Shown: positions 28,928 to 37,972 of the stretch, piece by piece
How positions within the stretch are numbered: the stretch's first letter is position 1
Layout of the letters: every line of letters starts with the position of its first letter
Source of the DNA: Candidatus Sumerlaea chitinivorans
GTDB taxonomy: Bacteria; Sumerlaeota; Sumerlaeia; Sumerlaeales; Sumerlaeaceae
NCBI GenBank assembly: GCA_003290465.1
Contig: CP030759.1
Span: 224,672-288,671, forward strand
Direction of reading: 5' to 3'
Length of the DNA stretch: 64,000 nucleotides
Made by a program: the position numbers and the translations under genes
The notes under the pieces: generated by a model
Seen by the model: only the letters and a program-made list of their open reading frames with translations
Told to the model about the DNA's origin: nothing
Database searches by the model: none

Positions 28928-29240
28928 CGCTTCTACTCCCCGTGCCTCAGGCTCCGCCCTCGTTAGCTTAAGCCCTATAGTCTTCTTTCACGGGGACGGC
29001 ACCCGCCGCTGGATGCCGTCCCTTCCCGGCAGGCCTTTTCGACGTCCTGCGGCTGTCAAAAAATGTTCATATTTTCCACAATTACGACGTACACAGCGAC
29101 CCCCACGGCGCAGGCGCTTGCAGTTGCTACAATCAAGCGAGCCATCCACCGTTCCGTCGTGTTCATTGCCCGATAAATCACAGTCTTTCTCCTTTCATCA
29201 CCCAGCTTGGTCGTTTTTCACGTTCAACTTGTTCAGGGGT

Positions 29241-30353
29241 TCACACTGCGAAGGCGCGCGATGTGTTCCCCGCCATGTTGCGCTTAAGCGCTCCCATCAG
29301 ATCCGCAAAACTCGATTCTTTACGTTCGTTCACAAACACACGTGTATTGAAAATCGTGTCCACAATATCGCGGAAATTGCGAGTGATTTCAGCGTGCGGG
29401 TAGGCAAACACCACGGGGACCCGTTGTTCCGTGGCGACCCGCATTTGCTCACTATTCACGAGATAGCCAAGGTCGTTCAGCTCGTAGTTCAGGACTTTGC
29501 GAGTTGCTGCCTGAATCTTGTTGAAAACGTTCTTCGCCTCGTAGCGGTCGCTTACCATGTTGGTGATGAGCCCTATTTTTGAGTTGGGCTCCATTTCCAG
29601 CAGAATCTTAATGATGGAGAAACAGTCCGCATTTGCGGCGATGTTGGGGGTCGTCACGGCGATCACTTCGTCCGCAAACGTCGCAAACCGAAGAACGTTC
29701 TCGCTGATGCCCGCCCCCGTGTCCACCAGTAGCACATCCACTTCCTGCTCAAGTTTATCGAGTTGGCGCAGCAGGACCCGCCGTTGTTCGTCTGTGAGAT
29801 TTGCCAGTTCTCGGATGCCCTGCCCGCCGCTGATGATCTGAATCCCAAGAGGCCCGCGGGTAATGATTTCCTCCAGTGGGAAATCGTTCTGGATGAGATG
29901 CACCAAGTTGAACCGCGGTTTTACCCCCATCAGGATATGCACATTTGCCAATCCGAGATCAGCATCGAAAATGGCGACCTTTCGGCCGGTCTGTGCGATG
30001 GTGATGGCGAGATTGACCACCACACTCGTCTTTCCCACACCGCCCTTGCCGCTGGTGATTGCAATGACACGGGCATAATTGCTGCCTTTTATGGGAAGGG
30101 GATGTTTGGCACGGATTTCTTGGATGGACGACTTGAGCTCCCGCTTTACCTCCTCGATCGTAAAACCGCGCTTATAGATAAGCTCCTTGATGCGCGTCAG
30201 AATGGCGATGTGGTCTTCGGTAAACTCGTTTTTCCCGAGCTCCATTTCACTGAAGGTGAGGAATTCGCGAAAGGCATTTTCGTAGAAGCGGATTTCGCTT
30301 TCTTCGAGCCCGGTCTTTTCGACGACCTGTTTAATAGAGAATTTGCGTATCAT
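29241..30353 (-). CDS. Fusion protein: N-terminal MerR-type HTH plus FlhG/FleN/MinD-type deviant-Walker-A ATPase
   Basis: N-terminus FSIKQVVEKTGLEESEIRFYEN (MerR HTH pattern). Then IAITSGKGGVGKTSVVVNLAITIAQTGRKVAIFDADLGLANVHILMGV, nearly identical in pattern to FlhG/MinD (KGGVGKT, DxDxGxxN). Confidence 0.7.
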   Translation of the reverse strand: MIRKFSIKQVVEKTGLEESEIRFYENAFREFLTFSEMELGKNEFTEDHIAILTRIKELIYKRGFTIEEVKRELKSSIQEIRAKHPLPIKGSNYARVIAITSGKGGVGKTSVVVNLAITIAQTGRKVAIFDADLGLANVHILMGVKPRFNLVHLIQNDFPLEEIITRGPLGIQIISGGQGIRELANLTDEQRRVLLRQLDKLEQEVDVLLVDTGAGISENVLRFATFADEVIAVTTPNIAANADCFSIIKILLEMEPNSKIGLITNMVSDRYEAKNVFNKIQAATRKVLNYELNDLGYLVNSEQMRVATEQRVPVVFAYPHAEITRNFRDIVDTIFNTRVFVNERKESSFADLMGALKRNMAGNTSRAFAV

Positions 30354-30697
30354 TGGGTGCGCTACCCTCCGCTGGTGCCTTCCTCAGCGTTTGCGCCTCC
30401 GGCTCAAACGCTGCCGATCTGCATCGGTCACTGTCGCTGGTGCACGCTCCTTGCTGGCGATCGTCCATAGGACCTCGGACCACGATAGCCAGCACACTGT
30501 TCAACTTCTTCGCTCCTTAGACGAAAAGAGGCGTTTTTTGTCAATAAGTAATGTTGAAAAATTGTCCTCCGGGCATCGTCCGTCAATTTTGGGCTGATCG
30601 CTTGCGTGTCGGTATACGATGGGCCAGCGACAAAAAACGAAACGTGAATGCCCGGGGGCAGATAGCGATATTTTGCGACCAAGCCGAAGGCACCACG

Positions 30698-30904
30698 ATG
30701 AAACTTACAGTAAATGGCAAAAACGAAACCGTAAGCGACGAAGTGCGGACCATCGTCGATCTTCTTGCTGCGTTGAACATTCCGCGCGAGCAGGTCGCGG
30801 TCATGCTCAACGGCGATGTGATTCGTCGAGCGGACCACGAGCAAACCGAGCTCCACGACGGTGACACAGTCGAGATCATCACCATCGTCGGCGGAGGGCA
30901 GTGA
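30698..30904 (+). CDS. ThiS/MoaD-like ubiquitin-fold sulfur-carrier protein (68 aa) ending ...IVGGGQ
   Basis: MKLTVNGKNETVSDEVRTIVDLLAAL...VMLNGDVIRRADHEQTELHDGDTVEIITIVGGGQ: ThiS-like length and pattern with a C-terminal Gly-Gly(-Gly) plus one extra residue. GAAGG sits 8 nt upstream of the ATG. Confidence 0.6.
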   Translation: MKLTVNGKNETVSDEVRTIVDLLAALNIPREQVAVMLNGDVIRRADHEQTELHDGDTVEIITIVGGGQ

Positions 30905-30913
30905 GCGCGGGCG

Positions 30914-31417
30914 TCAGTCCTTCCGCTCGAGAATCGCGTCGAACTGATCGCGGGTTAGACGGAATGGATACCATTCTTTCATATGTCGCGCGCCGTAGCG
31001 CTTGAAGAACTCCTGCGCACTGACGTTCCAATCCAACGTCACCCATTCCATCCGTCCGCATCCACGCTCTTTGGCGATCTCGACACATTTTCGGAAAAGC
31101 GCCGACCCAACTTTGTAGCCGCGATATTCTGGTAAGACAAAGATGTCTTCTAAATACAGCGTCGGTAAGGCAAGGAAGGTGGAGTACGTCTCGAACACGA
31201 ATGCGTAGCCAACGGCTTTCCCGTCTACTTCAGCCAAATAGACCTCGAATCGGGGATGCGGGGCAAAAGCATCCCGGATGAGCCGCCGCTGAGCTTCTTC
31301 ATCCGGCGGGGTGAGTTTTTCATAATCCGCCAGAGCGAGAATCAGCCGGATCATCGCGTCGGCATCTTCCGGCTGCGCACGGCGCACAATAACTGGCTTT
31401 GGCATTTGATTTTCCAT
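30914..31417 (-). CDS. GNAT-family N-acetyltransferase
   Basis: Acetyl-CoA-binding motif A region (VLPEYRGYKVGSALFRK) and the GNAT core pattern. Trimmed to MENQMPKP. Confidence 0.75.
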   Translation of the reverse strand: MENQMPKPVIVRRAQPEDADAMIRLILALADYEKLTPPDEEAQRRLIRDAFAPHPRFEVYLAEVDGKAVGYAFVFETYSTFLALPTLYLEDIFVLPEYRGYKVGSALFRKCVEIAKERGCGRMEWVTLDWNVSAQEFFKRYGARHMKEWYPFRLTRDQFDAILERKD

Positions 31418-31579
31418 GCTCCAAATCCTGCAGAGAAAGTGCGTTCGGGGGTCAAAGAAAAACGTGGCAGATTTCTGCCACGTCACCTTGCGAAGCCTTG
31501 CGCAGCGCGCCTACTTGTTCTCTGAAAGTTGCGCCGAGCTTCCCAAACCAACAGCGTAGCGTACTTTTCCCTTATGCTA

Positions 31580-32422
31580 TTACGAAGCTTCGGAAGTTGG
31601 GGGCTGAGGGGCTTGTTTCTTGGGCGCGAATCCACCGCCCTCCATCCCGAAGGTTCGTAGCATTTCTAACGGGAAGGGGAAGACGATGGTTGAGCTCTTC
31701 TCAGCACTAATCTCAACCAGCGTCTGGAGATAACGCATCTGCATGGCCATTGGGTGGGCGGCCATCATGTCAGCGGCAGCCACGAGCTTCTCGGCAGCTT
31801 GGAATTCCCCCTCTGCGCCAATCACTTTTGCACGCCGCTCGCGCTCTGCCTCTGCCTGACGAGCCATGGCGCGCTGCATCTCTTGGGGCAGATCGACTTT
31901 CTTAATTTCAACAGCTGTAACCTTTACGCCCCAGGCATCTGTCTGCTTATCCAAAATCGATTGAAGCTCAATATTGAGCTTTTCGCGTTCGGCCAGCAGA
32001 TCGTCCAATTCGACCTGCCCCAACACGCTTCGCAGGGTGGTCTGTGACATTTGGGAAGTCGCAAACAGGTAATCCTCGACGGCAACAATCGCTTTTGTAG
32101 GATCAACCACCTGAAAGTACACAACCGCATTGACATGTACCGAAACGTTGTCGCGCGTGATGATGTCCTGTGGTGGGACGTCCAAGGTCACGATCCGCAG
32201 GCTGATCTTTACCATGCGATCAATTGGCCAAAAAATGAGCACGAGCCCGGGGCCTTTCGGCGCGGGAAGCAACCGACCAAGCCGAAAGACGACGCCGCGT
32301 TCGTACTCATTGAGGACGTTGATGCATTTGAGCAGATAACCGATAATCAGAATGATCGCGACCAGGTAGGGGCCTTGCAGAAGTGTGAAAATCCACGGTA
32401 GGGTTTGTCCGCCGGATGACAT
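31580..32422 (-). CDS. SPFH/band-7 (stomatin/prohibitin-like) membrane protein
   Basis: N-terminal TM helix; [15 protein letters not shown]...[21 protein letters not shown]...[25 protein letters not shown] before ATG 32422. Confidence 0.85.
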   Translation of the reverse strand: MSSGGQTLPWIFTLLQGPYLVAIILIIGYLLKCINVLNEYERGVVFRLGRLLPAPKGPGLVLIFWPIDRMVKISLRIVTLDVPPQDIITRDNVSVHVNAVVYFQVVDPTKAIVAVEDYLFATSQMSQTTLRSVLGQVELDDLLAEREKLNIELQSILDKQTDAWGVKVTAVEIKKVDLPQEMQRAMARQAEAERERRAKVIGAEGEFQAAEKLVAAADMMAAHPMAMQMRYLQTLVEISAEKSSTIVFPFPLEMLRTFGMEGGGFAPKKQAPQPPTSEAS

Positions 32423-32595
32423 GCTTAGCTTCCTCCTTACCTCTTCATTGCGGTACGTTGCCAACCGTAGCCTAAAAGTTGGGGTAAGTGCCACGAAATT
32501 CGGACGAGGCCAAGATTTTGTTGGCAAGAGCCGGAATCCGTGTGCAATAGCTTCGCTCCTGAAGTATCACTTGTAGATCGGCAAAGAGGGAGCGC

Positions 32596-34227
32596 GTGGA
32601 AGCCAAGCCCGCAGCGGTAGAAATGATCGAAGTCACCCGTCGTTTCGCGCGCGTGGTGGCGAACGACCGCGTGAACTTGCGGGTGGAGCCGGGCGAGATC
32701 CATGCCATTGTGGGAGAAAACGGCGCCGGCAAATCCACCCTAATGAAGATCCTTTATGGGCTTTATCGGCCCGATAGCGGTACAATCCGTGTCCATGGCC
32801 GCGAAGTGCATTTTCGTTCCCCTGCGGATGCGATTGCTGCAGGCATCGGGATGGTGCACCAGCACTTCATGCTGATTCAAACTTTTACGGTTGCCGAGAA
32901 CGTAGTTCTTGGGGACGAGCGGACGCGTCGGGGGCTCTTTTTTCCGGATGACGCAGTCAGGCGTGTTGCTGAGCTCGCAAAGGGCTTTCAGATTGCAGTC
33001 GACCCCGCGGCGCGCGTCGGAGATCTTAGCGTCGGACAGCAGCAACGCGTCGAAATCCTGAAAATTCTGTACCGTCAGGCCGACATCATCATCCTGGATG
33101 AGCCAACCGCCGTGCTCACCCCGCAAGAAACCGATGCGCTGTTCGACACGGTTCGCTCGCTTCGAGCTCAGGGAAAGACCATCATCATCATCACGCACAA
33201 GCTGCGTGAAGTTATGGCGCTCTCTGATCGGCTGACCATTCTTCGTGCTGGGCGCAATGTGGCAACGCTGGTTACCGCCGAAACCAACCCAGAAGAAATT
33301 GCACGCTTGATGGTGGGCCGTTCGATCTCGTTGCCGGTTCTTGCTCTCGATGCGCACCCAATCGCGCCCTCGGCAACCCCAGAAGAAAGTGATCAGGATG
33401 CTGGTGCCCCGCGCACAACGGAGCGAGCAGAGGTAGCATTGTCCCCAAGCGCCAATGGCAAACCAGTTCTTCGCCTTGAGGAAGTAAGTCTGCAACGTAA
33501 GGCGGCGCCCCCACTCCTTTCCGATGTGACGTTTGATGTGAGGCAGGGAGAAATTCTCGGGATTGCGGGCGTGGAGGGGAATGGGCAGCGCGAGCTGGTT
33601 GAGGTCATCACGGGTCTCACCCGGCCCACGCATGGACGGATTTGGATTTTGGATCGGGAAGTGACCCAGTTCCCGCCGAGGGAAAAGTTTGCCGCTGGGT
33701 TAGCCTGTATCCCCGAAGATCGTCAGCGACAGGGATTGATTCTCGATTTCACGCTTCGCGAGAATCTTTTGCTGGGACGCCACCATGAGCCGCATTTTCG
33801 TCGCCAGCTGCGTGGCGAAGGGTGTCGTCGACTTCTTGAGGAGTTCGATGTCCGCCCACCCGATCCCCGCTTGCGCGCCTCCCAACTGAGCGGCGGCAAT
33901 CAGCAGAAAGTCATTGTCGCGCGGGAAATGACGCGCGGGGCTCCCCTCCTTGTGGCAGCGCAGCCCACTCGCGGAATTGATCTCGGAGCCATTGAGTTTA
34001 TCCACCGCAAATTGTTGGAAATGCGAGCGAATGGCGTTGCAATTCTGCTGATCTCGGCCGAACTCACGGAGATTTTAGCGCTGAGCGACCGAGTGGCTGT
34101 GATGTTTGGCGGAAGGATTGTCTTTATGGCAGAAAACCGTGGCCTAACCGAGCACGACCTTGGGATTCACATGGCGGGTGGCTCGAAAAACGACGCGAGT
34201 GCGACACCATTGGGAGGAATTGCGTAG
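32596..34227 (+). CDS. ABC transporter ATP-binding protein with two tandem ABC domains (sugar/nucleoside-uptake type)
   Basis: Two Walker A motifs (GENGAGKST; GVEGNGQRE), signature LSVGQQQRVEI/LSGGNQQKV, and two Walker B motifs. About 540 aa, as in RbsA/NupA-type importers. Confidence 0.85.
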   Translation: MEAKPAAVEMIEVTRRFARVVANDRVNLRVEPGEIHAIVGENGAGKSTLMKILYGLYRPDSGTIRVHGREVHFRSPADAIAAGIGMVHQHFMLIQTFTVAENVVLGDERTRRGLFFPDDAVRRVAELAKGFQIAVDPAARVGDLSVGQQQRVEILKILYRQADIIILDEPTAVLTPQETDALFDTVRSLRAQGKTIIIITHKLREVMALSDRLTILRAGRNVATLVTAETNPEEIARLMVGRSISLPVLALDAHPIAPSATPEESDQDAGAPRTTERAEVALSPSANGKPVLRLEEVSLQRKAAPPLLSDVTFDVRQGEILGIAGVEGNGQRELVEVITGLTRPTHGRIWILDREVTQFPPREKFAAGLACIPEDRQRQGLILDFTLRENLLLGRHHEPHFRRQLRGEGCRRLLEEFDVRPPDPRLRASQLSGGNQQKVIVAREMTRGAPLLVAAQPTRGIDLGAIEFIHRKLLEMRANGVAILLISAELTEILALSDRVAVMFGGRIVFMAENRGLTEHDLGIHMAGGSKNDASATPLGGIA

Positions 34228-34231
34228 GCTA

Positions 34232-35326
34232 ATGTTACGTTGGTTCCTGCAAAGCATTATCGCCCCGGCTCTCGCACTTATCGCTTCGATTTGCGTAGGA
34301 ATGCTGTTCCTGTGGGTAACCGGTTATCCGGTGTTCACGACTTTCCAAGCCATTATTCAGCAAAGCTTTCAGGATTGGTACGGCTTCGGCCAAGTGCTCC
34401 ACACGACGACTCTTCTGACGTTTACGGGTCTTGCCGTGGCTGTGGCGTTTCATGCGGGCTTGTTCAACATTGGGGCAGAAGGTCAGCTCTACATTGGTGC
34501 GATGGCGCTCGGGATTGTCGGCTATTACCTCTCGAAACTACCAAAGGAAGTAGTGATGCAAGTTCCTTCACTGCTCGCGATTGTCGGCCTCTGCTTGGTT
34601 GCAATGTTGGCCGCTGGCGTTTACGCGCTCATCCCCGGAGTGCTCAAGGTTCTCACGGGCGCCCACGAGGTGATCACGACCATCATGATGAACTTCATCG
34701 CTCTGGCATGGATCAATTATCTTCTCCGCTATGATCCAAATAGCTTTGCGGTGCCGGCCACGGTCCGTACGCCAGCATTTCCGCAAGCGTTCCGGCTTCC
34801 AAAGCTTTCTACGGTGTGGCCCGTGTTCCAAGGCTCGATCGTGAACTGCTCGCTATTCATTGCTGTCGGGGCAGCCGTGATCGTTTGGGCATTTCTTCGC
34901 TTTACGAAAACGGGATTTGAATTGCGCGCAGTTGGAAAGAACTCGTTGGCGGCACGTCTTGCTGGGATTGCCCCCGGTCGCCTCACCATTCTCGCCATGT
35001 TTGTGAGCGGGGCTTTGGCGGGGCTGGTGGGCGTCGCTTTCGTGCTGGGCCACAAGGGTTACTTCGAAGAGGGGTTCTCCGCGGGGCTCGGATTTTTGGG
35101 GATCGCCGTGGCTCTGCTTGCGTACAATCACCCAATCGGGGTGCTCTTCACGGCGTTTCTTTTCGGAGTCCTCAATTATGGAAAGGTCGCGGCCGCTGGA
35201 GAAATCCCGATGGATATCATTAACATCCTTGAGGCCACGATGATCTTTAGCATCGTGATTGTGAACCGCCTGATGTCGAATTTCCTCCAGCAATTGGCAA
35301 AGCGGCGCCTTGCTGCCTCCGGGTAA
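34232..35326 (+). CDS. ABC transporter permease (branched, sugar/nucleoside-type)
   Basis: Polytopic membrane protein immediately after the ATPase, with a 4-nt gap. Trimmed to MLRWFLQS. Confidence 0.75.
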   Translation: MLRWFLQSIIAPALALIASICVGMLFLWVTGYPVFTTFQAIIQQSFQDWYGFGQVLHTTTLLTFTGLAVAVAFHAGLFNIGAEGQLYIGAMALGIVGYYLSKLPKEVVMQVPSLLAIVGLCLVAMLAAGVYALIPGVLKVLTGAHEVITTIMMNFIALAWINYLLRYDPNSFAVPATVRTPAFPQAFRLPKLSTVWPVFQGSIVNCSLFIAVGAAVIVWAFLRFTKTGFELRAVGKNSLAARLAGIAPGRLTILAMFVSGALAGLVGVAFVLGHKGYFEEGFSAGLGFLGIAVALLAYNHPIGVLFTAFLFGVLNYGKVAAAGEIPMDIINILEATMIFSIVIVNRLMSNFLQQLAKRRLAASG

Positions 35327-35451
35327 AGGCGTGGGCCGTGGAGCGAATGCCAGGCCCAGAGTAGGGTAATGAGACTCGGCGACTGAAGTACCAGTACTGT
35401 ACACTTTCGCGAGCGCAATGGCGGCTGCGCAAGCCGGTCTGATGAGGCCCG

Positions 35452-36588
35452 ATGAGCGAAACTCGAGAAATTCTGGATAGTGCATCTTTGAGTGTTTCCT
35501 CTCCTCAGGCATGGCGGATAGGTTCCCTTGCTTTGCGCAGCCGAATCCTGCCTGCTCCCATGTGCAATATCAGCGATCGCCCGTTTCGAGAGATCCTCCG
35601 GGAGTTTGGCGCGGATCTCGTTTATACGCAGATGATCTCGGCAGAGGGTCTCGTGCGGGGCGATAAGGGCACGTGGGAACTCCTCGATATTGCGGGCGAG
35701 GCACCTCCTGTTGCGGTTCAGTTGCTCGGCTCAAATCCGGATTCATTAGCGAGAGCGGCCCAAATTCTCGAGGAGCGGGGAGCAGCCCTTGTGGACCTCA
35801 ACATGGGATGCCCAGCACGAAAAGTCACCGGCAACATGGGGGGAAGCGCGCTCATGAGATGTCCAGAATTGGTGGCGCAGATCGTACGCAAGGTCAAACG
35901 GGCCATCTCGGTCCCGTTCACCGTGAAAATGCGGGCGGGATGGGATGAGGAGAATCTTTCGTGCTTGGAGTTAGCGAAGATCTGCGAAGCGGAGGGCGCG
36001 GACGCGGTGACGCTACACGCACGTACTCGCCAACAGGGCTATAAGGGCCGCGCAGACTGGTCGCTCATTGCTCGCCTCAAGGAGTCTGTAAGCATTCCCG
36101 TGATTGGCAACGGCGATGTGACTTCGCCTGCCGATGCTGTGCGGATGATTCGCGAAACCCACTGCGACGCGGTGATGATTGGCCGCGGATTGATCGGAAA
36201 TCCTTGGCTTTTGCGTGCCTGTGAGCAGGCAATGAATGATTTCTATCTCGGGCGCATTCGTCATGAATCAGAAGTTCCCGACGACGATGTGGTGATTCAG
36301 GAGGAAGATGGGCTGCGCGTGCCGGTGCGGATCCCGTACTACATGCGAGGAACGACACTGGAAGAGCGCTTGGACTTGCTGCTGAAGCATACTCGCGCGA
36401 TGGTGAAAGCCAAAGGCGAGCGGCGCGGGGTGTTGGAAATGCGCAAACACGCTATCCACTACATTCGTGGCCTTCACAGTTGCAAGGCACTGCGCGAGCG
36501 CCTCATGCACGTGGACACTCTGGAGGGGGTTGAGGAGGCAGTGCGGGCTTATCGCGCTTTTCTAAGCGCGGGAGACACCCAGGCTTGA
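35452..36588 (+). CDS. dusB: tRNA-dihydrouridine synthase (Dus family, DusB-like)
   Basis: LAPMCNISDRPFR...VQLLGSNP...VDLNMGCPARKV (catalytic Cys) ...FTVKMRAGWD...IPVIGNGDV. Confidence 0.85.
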   Translation: MSETREILDSASLSVSSPQAWRIGSLALRSRILPAPMCNISDRPFREILREFGADLVYTQMISAEGLVRGDKGTWELLDIAGEAPPVAVQLLGSNPDSLARAAQILEERGAALVDLNMGCPARKVTGNMGGSALMRCPELVAQIVRKVKRAISVPFTVKMRAGWDEENLSCLELAKICEAEGADAVTLHARTRQQGYKGRADWSLIARLKESVSIPVIGNGDVTSPADAVRMIRETHCDAVMIGRGLIGNPWLLRACEQAMNDFYLGRIRHESEVPDDDVVIQEEDGLRVPVRIPYYMRGTTLEERLDLLLKHTRAMVKAKGERRGVLEMRKHAIHYIRGLHSCKALRERLMHVDTLEGVEEAVRAYRAFLSAGDTQA

Positions 36589-36639
36589 TGGTCGAAGATC
36601 TCAGAGAACAAAGCGCCATCTCTACACATAGTTGAGTCC

Positions 36640-37485
36640 GTGGAAATGAGACCCGAAGTTGTACAGAAATATGAGCGGCTGAAGGCAGCCTTCCGGCAAA
36701 AGGGACGAGTCTTAGTTGCGCTTTCCGGTGGGGTGGATTCGACGCTTCTCCAAGCACTGGCGCATGAGGTGTTGGGATTTGAGAATGCAATTTGTGTGAC
36801 GGCCAAGAGTGAGACCCTCACAGAAGCTGAGTTTCAGGAGGTGTGTGCATTAGCTCGCGAACGGGGGTGGAATCACCACGTCATCGAATACTCCGAGCTC
36901 GAGATCCCCAATTACGCGCAGAATCCGGTGAACCGCTGCTATTTTTGTAAGACGGAGCTCTTCTCAAAATTACGCGAGTTGGCTCGGCAGTTTGGTTGTG
37001 ATGCGATCGTTGAGGGAACAAACTACGACGACCGCGGCGATTATCGCCCCGGTATGCAAGCCGCACGAGAGCAAGGTACGTGGGCCCCTCTGCTCGAATG
37101 TGAGATTACGAAGGAAGAAATTCGTGAGATGGCCCGCGAGTTGGGTCTTCCCACGTGGTCCAAACCCTCGGGCGCCTGCCTTTCGTCGCGTTTTCCATAT
37201 GGGACGGCGATTACTCGTGAAGGATTGCAACAGGTTGCTGCGGCGGAAACCTTCCTGCGTGAATTGGGATTTACGCAGGTCCGGGTTCGTCACCATGGCA
37301 ATCTGGCAAGGATCGAAGTACTACCTAACGAGTTGCCTCGTTTCGCCGATCGGGAATTTGCTGTGAGGGTTGCTGAAAAGCTCCGCGAGATCGGTTACGT
37401 TTACGTGACTTTGGACCTCTTGGGTTACCGCACGGGAAGCATGAATGAGGTGCTGCGGTCTGCGACTCCGTCGCTCGGAAGCTAA
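36640..37485 (+). CDS. PP-loop ATP pyrophosphatase, LarE/TIGR00268-like (putative sulfur transferase)
   Basis: SGGVDS PP-loop. A conserved Cys in the CYFCK context resembles LarE and its homologues. About 280 aa. Confidence 0.6.
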   Translation: MEMRPEVVQKYERLKAAFRQKGRVLVALSGGVDSTLLQALAHEVLGFENAICVTAKSETLTEAEFQEVCALARERGWNHHVIEYSELEIPNYAQNPVNRCYFCKTELFSKLRELARQFGCDAIVEGTNYDDRGDYRPGMQAAREQGTWAPLLECEITKEEIREMARELGLPTWSKPSGACLSSRFPYGTAITREGLQQVAAAETFLRELGFTQVRVRHHGNLARIEVLPNELPRFADREFAVRVAEKLREIGYVYVTLDLLGYRTGSMNEVLRSATPSLGS

Positions 37486-37589
37486 TACCCGCGTGCGATG
37501 CAGATGCTTTTCTCGCCCAAAGTACATCTGTTAAGGACTGGGAATCTTAGTCCGTCTTTAGGCCATGTTTAGCGCTTTCTTCTTGCGAG

Positions 37590-37913
37590 TTGGGGGTAGT
37601 CGGGGGAGAAAATCCAGGTATGGAGATTACCCCAAAGCGTGCTGCCTATCTGAAGGCAGAGTTCGAGTGCTTCGTTCGCATTGGTCTCGACGAGCAAGCG
37701 CGTCGGCAAACCATCGCAGAGATCGAAGAGTATTTTGCCGCGGGAGGCAGCCGCCCACTTCCTCATTTTCGTTACGAGTTTTCCTATCCTGAGGAGAGTG
37801 AGATCACCTATATCGTGGATTTTGAGCCTGACCTCCGACAGCTGGCACGCTTGTGGGAGTTTTTGAACAAGTGGTCCATCGAGGAAGTCCGAGAAATGAC
37901 CTCCCTATTGTAA
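37590..37913 (+). CDS. Hypothetical small protein (start could be the internal MEITPK at 37620)
   Basis: ORF only; no recognisable motif. Confidence 0.3.
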   Translation: MGVVGGENPGMEITPKRAAYLKAEFECFVRIGLDEQARRQTIAEIEEYFAAGGSRPLPHFRYEFSYPEESEITYIVDFEPDLRQLARLWEFLNKWSIEEVREMTSLL

Positions 37914-37972
37914 GGAATCGTGCAGTTCGGTCAGTCAGCCCAGGCCTCGCCTCAAGCCCTTGGTTGCTTCAC

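Noticed and set aside
29042-29166. 36-codon hydrophobic mini-ORF (MNTTERWMARLIVATASACAVGVAVYVVIVENMNIF) on the minus strand between the two ATPase genes
   Set aside because: No convincing RBS at appropriate spacing, and it is too short to support from sequence alone. Kept only as a note within the ExeA/FlhG finding.
29763-30470. 235-aa plus-strand ORF
   Set aside because: Antisense to the MerR::FlhG-like ATPase, which has textbook Walker motifs.
30354-30697. Possible TPP (THI-box) riboswitch upstream of the ThiS-like gene
   Set aside because: A fragment GCCAGCG is present, but the conserved CUGAGA and ACCUGAUCUGGAUAAUGCCAGCGUAGGGA elements are not. No convincing THI-box, so it is not called.
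32740-33633. 297-aa minus-strand ORF
   Set aside because: Antisense to the double-ABC ATPase gene.
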